From: Promethearchaeati archaeon SRVP18_Atabeyarchaeia-1
Lineage (GTDB): Archaea; Asgardarchaeota; Atabeyarchaeia; Atabeyarchaeales; Atabeyarchaeaceae
DNA length: 64,000 nucleotides
Reading direction: 5' to 3'
Assembly: GCA_037308085.1 (NCBI GenBank)
Contig: CP147779.1
Coordinates: 960,001 to 1,024,000, forward strand
The position numbers and the translations under genes were made by a program. The notes below the pieces were generated by a model that saw only the letters and a list, made by a program, of their open reading frames with translations, ran no database searches and was not told the origin of the DNA. Positions 60,018 through 64,000 of the stretch are shown in pieces. Numbering within the stretch: position 1 is the first letter of the stretch; each line of letters opens with the position of its first letter.

Positions 60018-60938
60018 TCAACCATCCTTCAACTCCTCGACATACCGCTCGGCCAAGAAAGCTGCAAGCGCCCCGTCGCCGACTGCCGTCGCAACTTGTC
60101 TGAAGGGTTTCGATCGGCAATCGCCGGCAGCGAAGACTCCTCGCATCGAAGTTTCCAGGTTTTCGTTCGTGACTATGAACTTGTTATCATCTTTCCTTAC
60201 ATCAATGAAGTCCGTATTTGGGTTATTCCCAACGTATATGAAGACGCCATCAACGGCAAGTTCCCTGCTCCTGCTACTGTTCAGATCCTTAACGATGACG
60301 CCTTCTAACTTGTCTTGCCCTATGAACTTGTCAACGACCGAGTCCCACAGGAACTCGAACTTGGGATTTGACATCGCCTTTTTCTGAATTATCTTCTCAG
60401 CTCTGAGTTTGGTCCTCCTGTGAACAACATAGATCTTCCTCACGAGCTTGGAAAGGTAAAGAGCCTCTTTGATAGCTGCGTCTCCTCCGCCAACCACACA
60501 TACGTCCTTGTTCTGGAAGAATCGACCGTCACAGGTTGCGCAGTAAGATACGCCTTTTCCAATGAGCTTCTCTTCACCTTCAAGCCCTAGCCTCTTAGCT
60601 TGGGTGCCAGATGCAACTATCACGCTCTTTGCCTTGTAACTTGCGTCTCCAGTCTTTACCAGCTTAGCTTTTCCATTGTTTAGCACCTGCACAACCTCTT
60701 CGTTCACTATGGCTAACCCGAACTTCTTCGCTTGATCCTCCATTAGGCGAGTTAGCTCCACACCGCTTATCTCGGCAAACCCAGGGTAGTTCTCCAGCGT
60801 TTCTGTCAGTGCGATTTGGCCACCCGGGCAGAACTTCTCGATAAGCAGTGTGTTCAGGGCGCCTCTCGCGGCGTAGATGCCTGCCGTTAGACCAGCAGGA
60901 CCTCCGCCAATTATGATCAGATCAACAACTTCCGACAT
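60018..60938 (-). CDS. trxB: Thioredoxin reductase
   Basis: GGGPAG, ENYPG, CATCDG, GGGDAA, FAAGD. Confidence 0.95.
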   Translation of the reverse strand: MSEVVDLIIIGGGPAGLTAGIYAARGALNTLLIEKFCPGGQIALTETLENYPGFAEISGVELTRLMEDQAKKFGLAIVNEEVVQVLNNGKAKLVKTGDASYKAKSVIVASGTQAKRLGLEGEEKLIGKGVSYCATCDGRFFQNKDVCVVGGGDAAIKEALYLSKLVRKIYVVHRRTKLRAEKIIQKKAMSNPKFEFLWDSVVDKFIGQDKLEGVIVKDLNSSRSRELAVDGVFIYVGNNPNTDFIDVRKDDNKFIVTNENLETSMRGVFAAGDCRSKPFRQVATAVGDGALAAFLAERYVEELKDG

Positions 60939-61178
60939 GACCCACGCAACTCCAAGGTGAGGATTGATTGTCTGCGACAATAATAGTCTTGGCGCAATTA
61001 TCAGTCATAGCAATCATCTTCCTGGTTCCATTGAATTGGCTGACAGCGCTAGGAGCAATAGTGCCGAGGTAAACATGATCCGTTTCAATAAGAGATCGCT
61101 CTTATCAGGTGGCGAGGAGATCAGAAGCGCCAGGCCGCCAACTATTCTCGAACTCTCTGCCAACGTTGATTTGAGGCG

Positions 61179-61643
61179 CTAGCTGCCAACCAGCGTTTCA
61201 TCAGCGCTTTCTGGTAAATTGTCTTTCGAAATGGAGTACTGGTTCATGACGCTTTCCTTAACATAGATTGGGCAACTGGCTCTAACTGCCACGGCGATAC
61301 AATCACTCGGTCTCGCATCAACCTTGGTACTAGCGCCGCTCAATTGAAGCAGAAGTCTTCCGATGTAAATACCGTTAACGACATCAATGATCGCTACACT
61401 GTCAACGCTAGTATTCAGTTCCCTGAGGATAGACACGATCAAGTCGTGTGTGCTGGGTCTCTGCGGTTTTGCCCTGAGGATAGCCATCTCGATTGACGAT
61501 GCCTCAGCTGGCCCTATGAATATGGGAAGAATCCTTCCCTTGTTGTCGCTCAGAACTACAACTGGAGATGGTCCTCCCTTTGTCTGCGCCACATAAACTC
61601 CTGACACTGAGACAGTGACTTTCTCTTCTAGTTCTTCAGACAG
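61179..61643 (-). CDS. Bifunctional nuclease family protein (DUF151)
   Basis: LPIFIG..EA.SI, RP.THDL, DARPSD.IA.A; start uncertain (CTG 61643 after AGGTGA, or further upstream). Confidence 0.85.
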   Translation of the reverse strand: MSEELEEKVTVSVSGVYVAQTKGGPSPVVVLSDNKGRILPIFIGPAEASSIEMAILRAKPQRPSTHDLIVSILRELNTSVDSVAIIDVVNGIYIGRLLLQLSGASTKVDARPSDCIAVAVRASCPIYVKESVMNQYSISKDNLPESADETLVGS

Positions 61644-61814
61644 GTCTTTCACCTTCAGCGGTTTGCAGCAACTTCCACTTGGCGGTGAACCTCCCCCGGA
61701 TCTTGGTTCACGCATTCCTTCCAAGGAAAAGGCCAGGCTGGAAGTCTATTCGGGTTCAACTGACGAAATCGATTCGTACTTATTTTAATTTTTCTCTCAT
61801 CAAGAAAAGGGAGG

Positions 61815-64000
<2,186 letters not shown>

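Noticed and set aside
61660-61720. CGTGAACCAAGA on the - strand as a third copy of the mtnP insert motif
   Set aside because: Only a partial match, and it lies inside a different hairpin (GTGAACC/GGTTCAC); not distinguishable from chance.

Overview
Archaeal chromosomal segment, mostly housekeeping genes: tRNA-Cys with an intron next to SepCysS, tetraether lipid synthase, cofD/cofC, prs, SSB, MTA salvage genes, topoisomerase VI B/A, ADP-forming acyl-CoA synthetase, two thermosome subunits, carAB, AMP phosphorylase, trxB and cdc48. The roadblock protein, SepCysS and F420 genes suggest an anaerobic Asgard- or TACK-like archaeon (inference only). The main finding is in the methylthioadenosine phosphorylase gene (mtnP), which is split by a 35-nt frameshifting insert (20252-20286, - strand). 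The insert folds into a bulge-helix-loop motif of the kind cut by the tRNA-splicing endonuclease, and removing it at the predicted cut sites rebuilds the conserved G-M-T codons. It is therefore a candidate archaeal mRNA intron outside cbf5. A 14-nt core of the insert recurs in the non-coding region upstream of the acyl-CoA synthetase gene. Other points: two decaying HTH-nuclease genes (one LAGLIDADG-like, directly upstream of mtnP; one with four HTH repeats plus a PD-(D/E)xK domain), probable CTG starts, and a topo VI-A lacking the second Toprim Asp. All product calls come from motif recognition by eye; no database searches were run.
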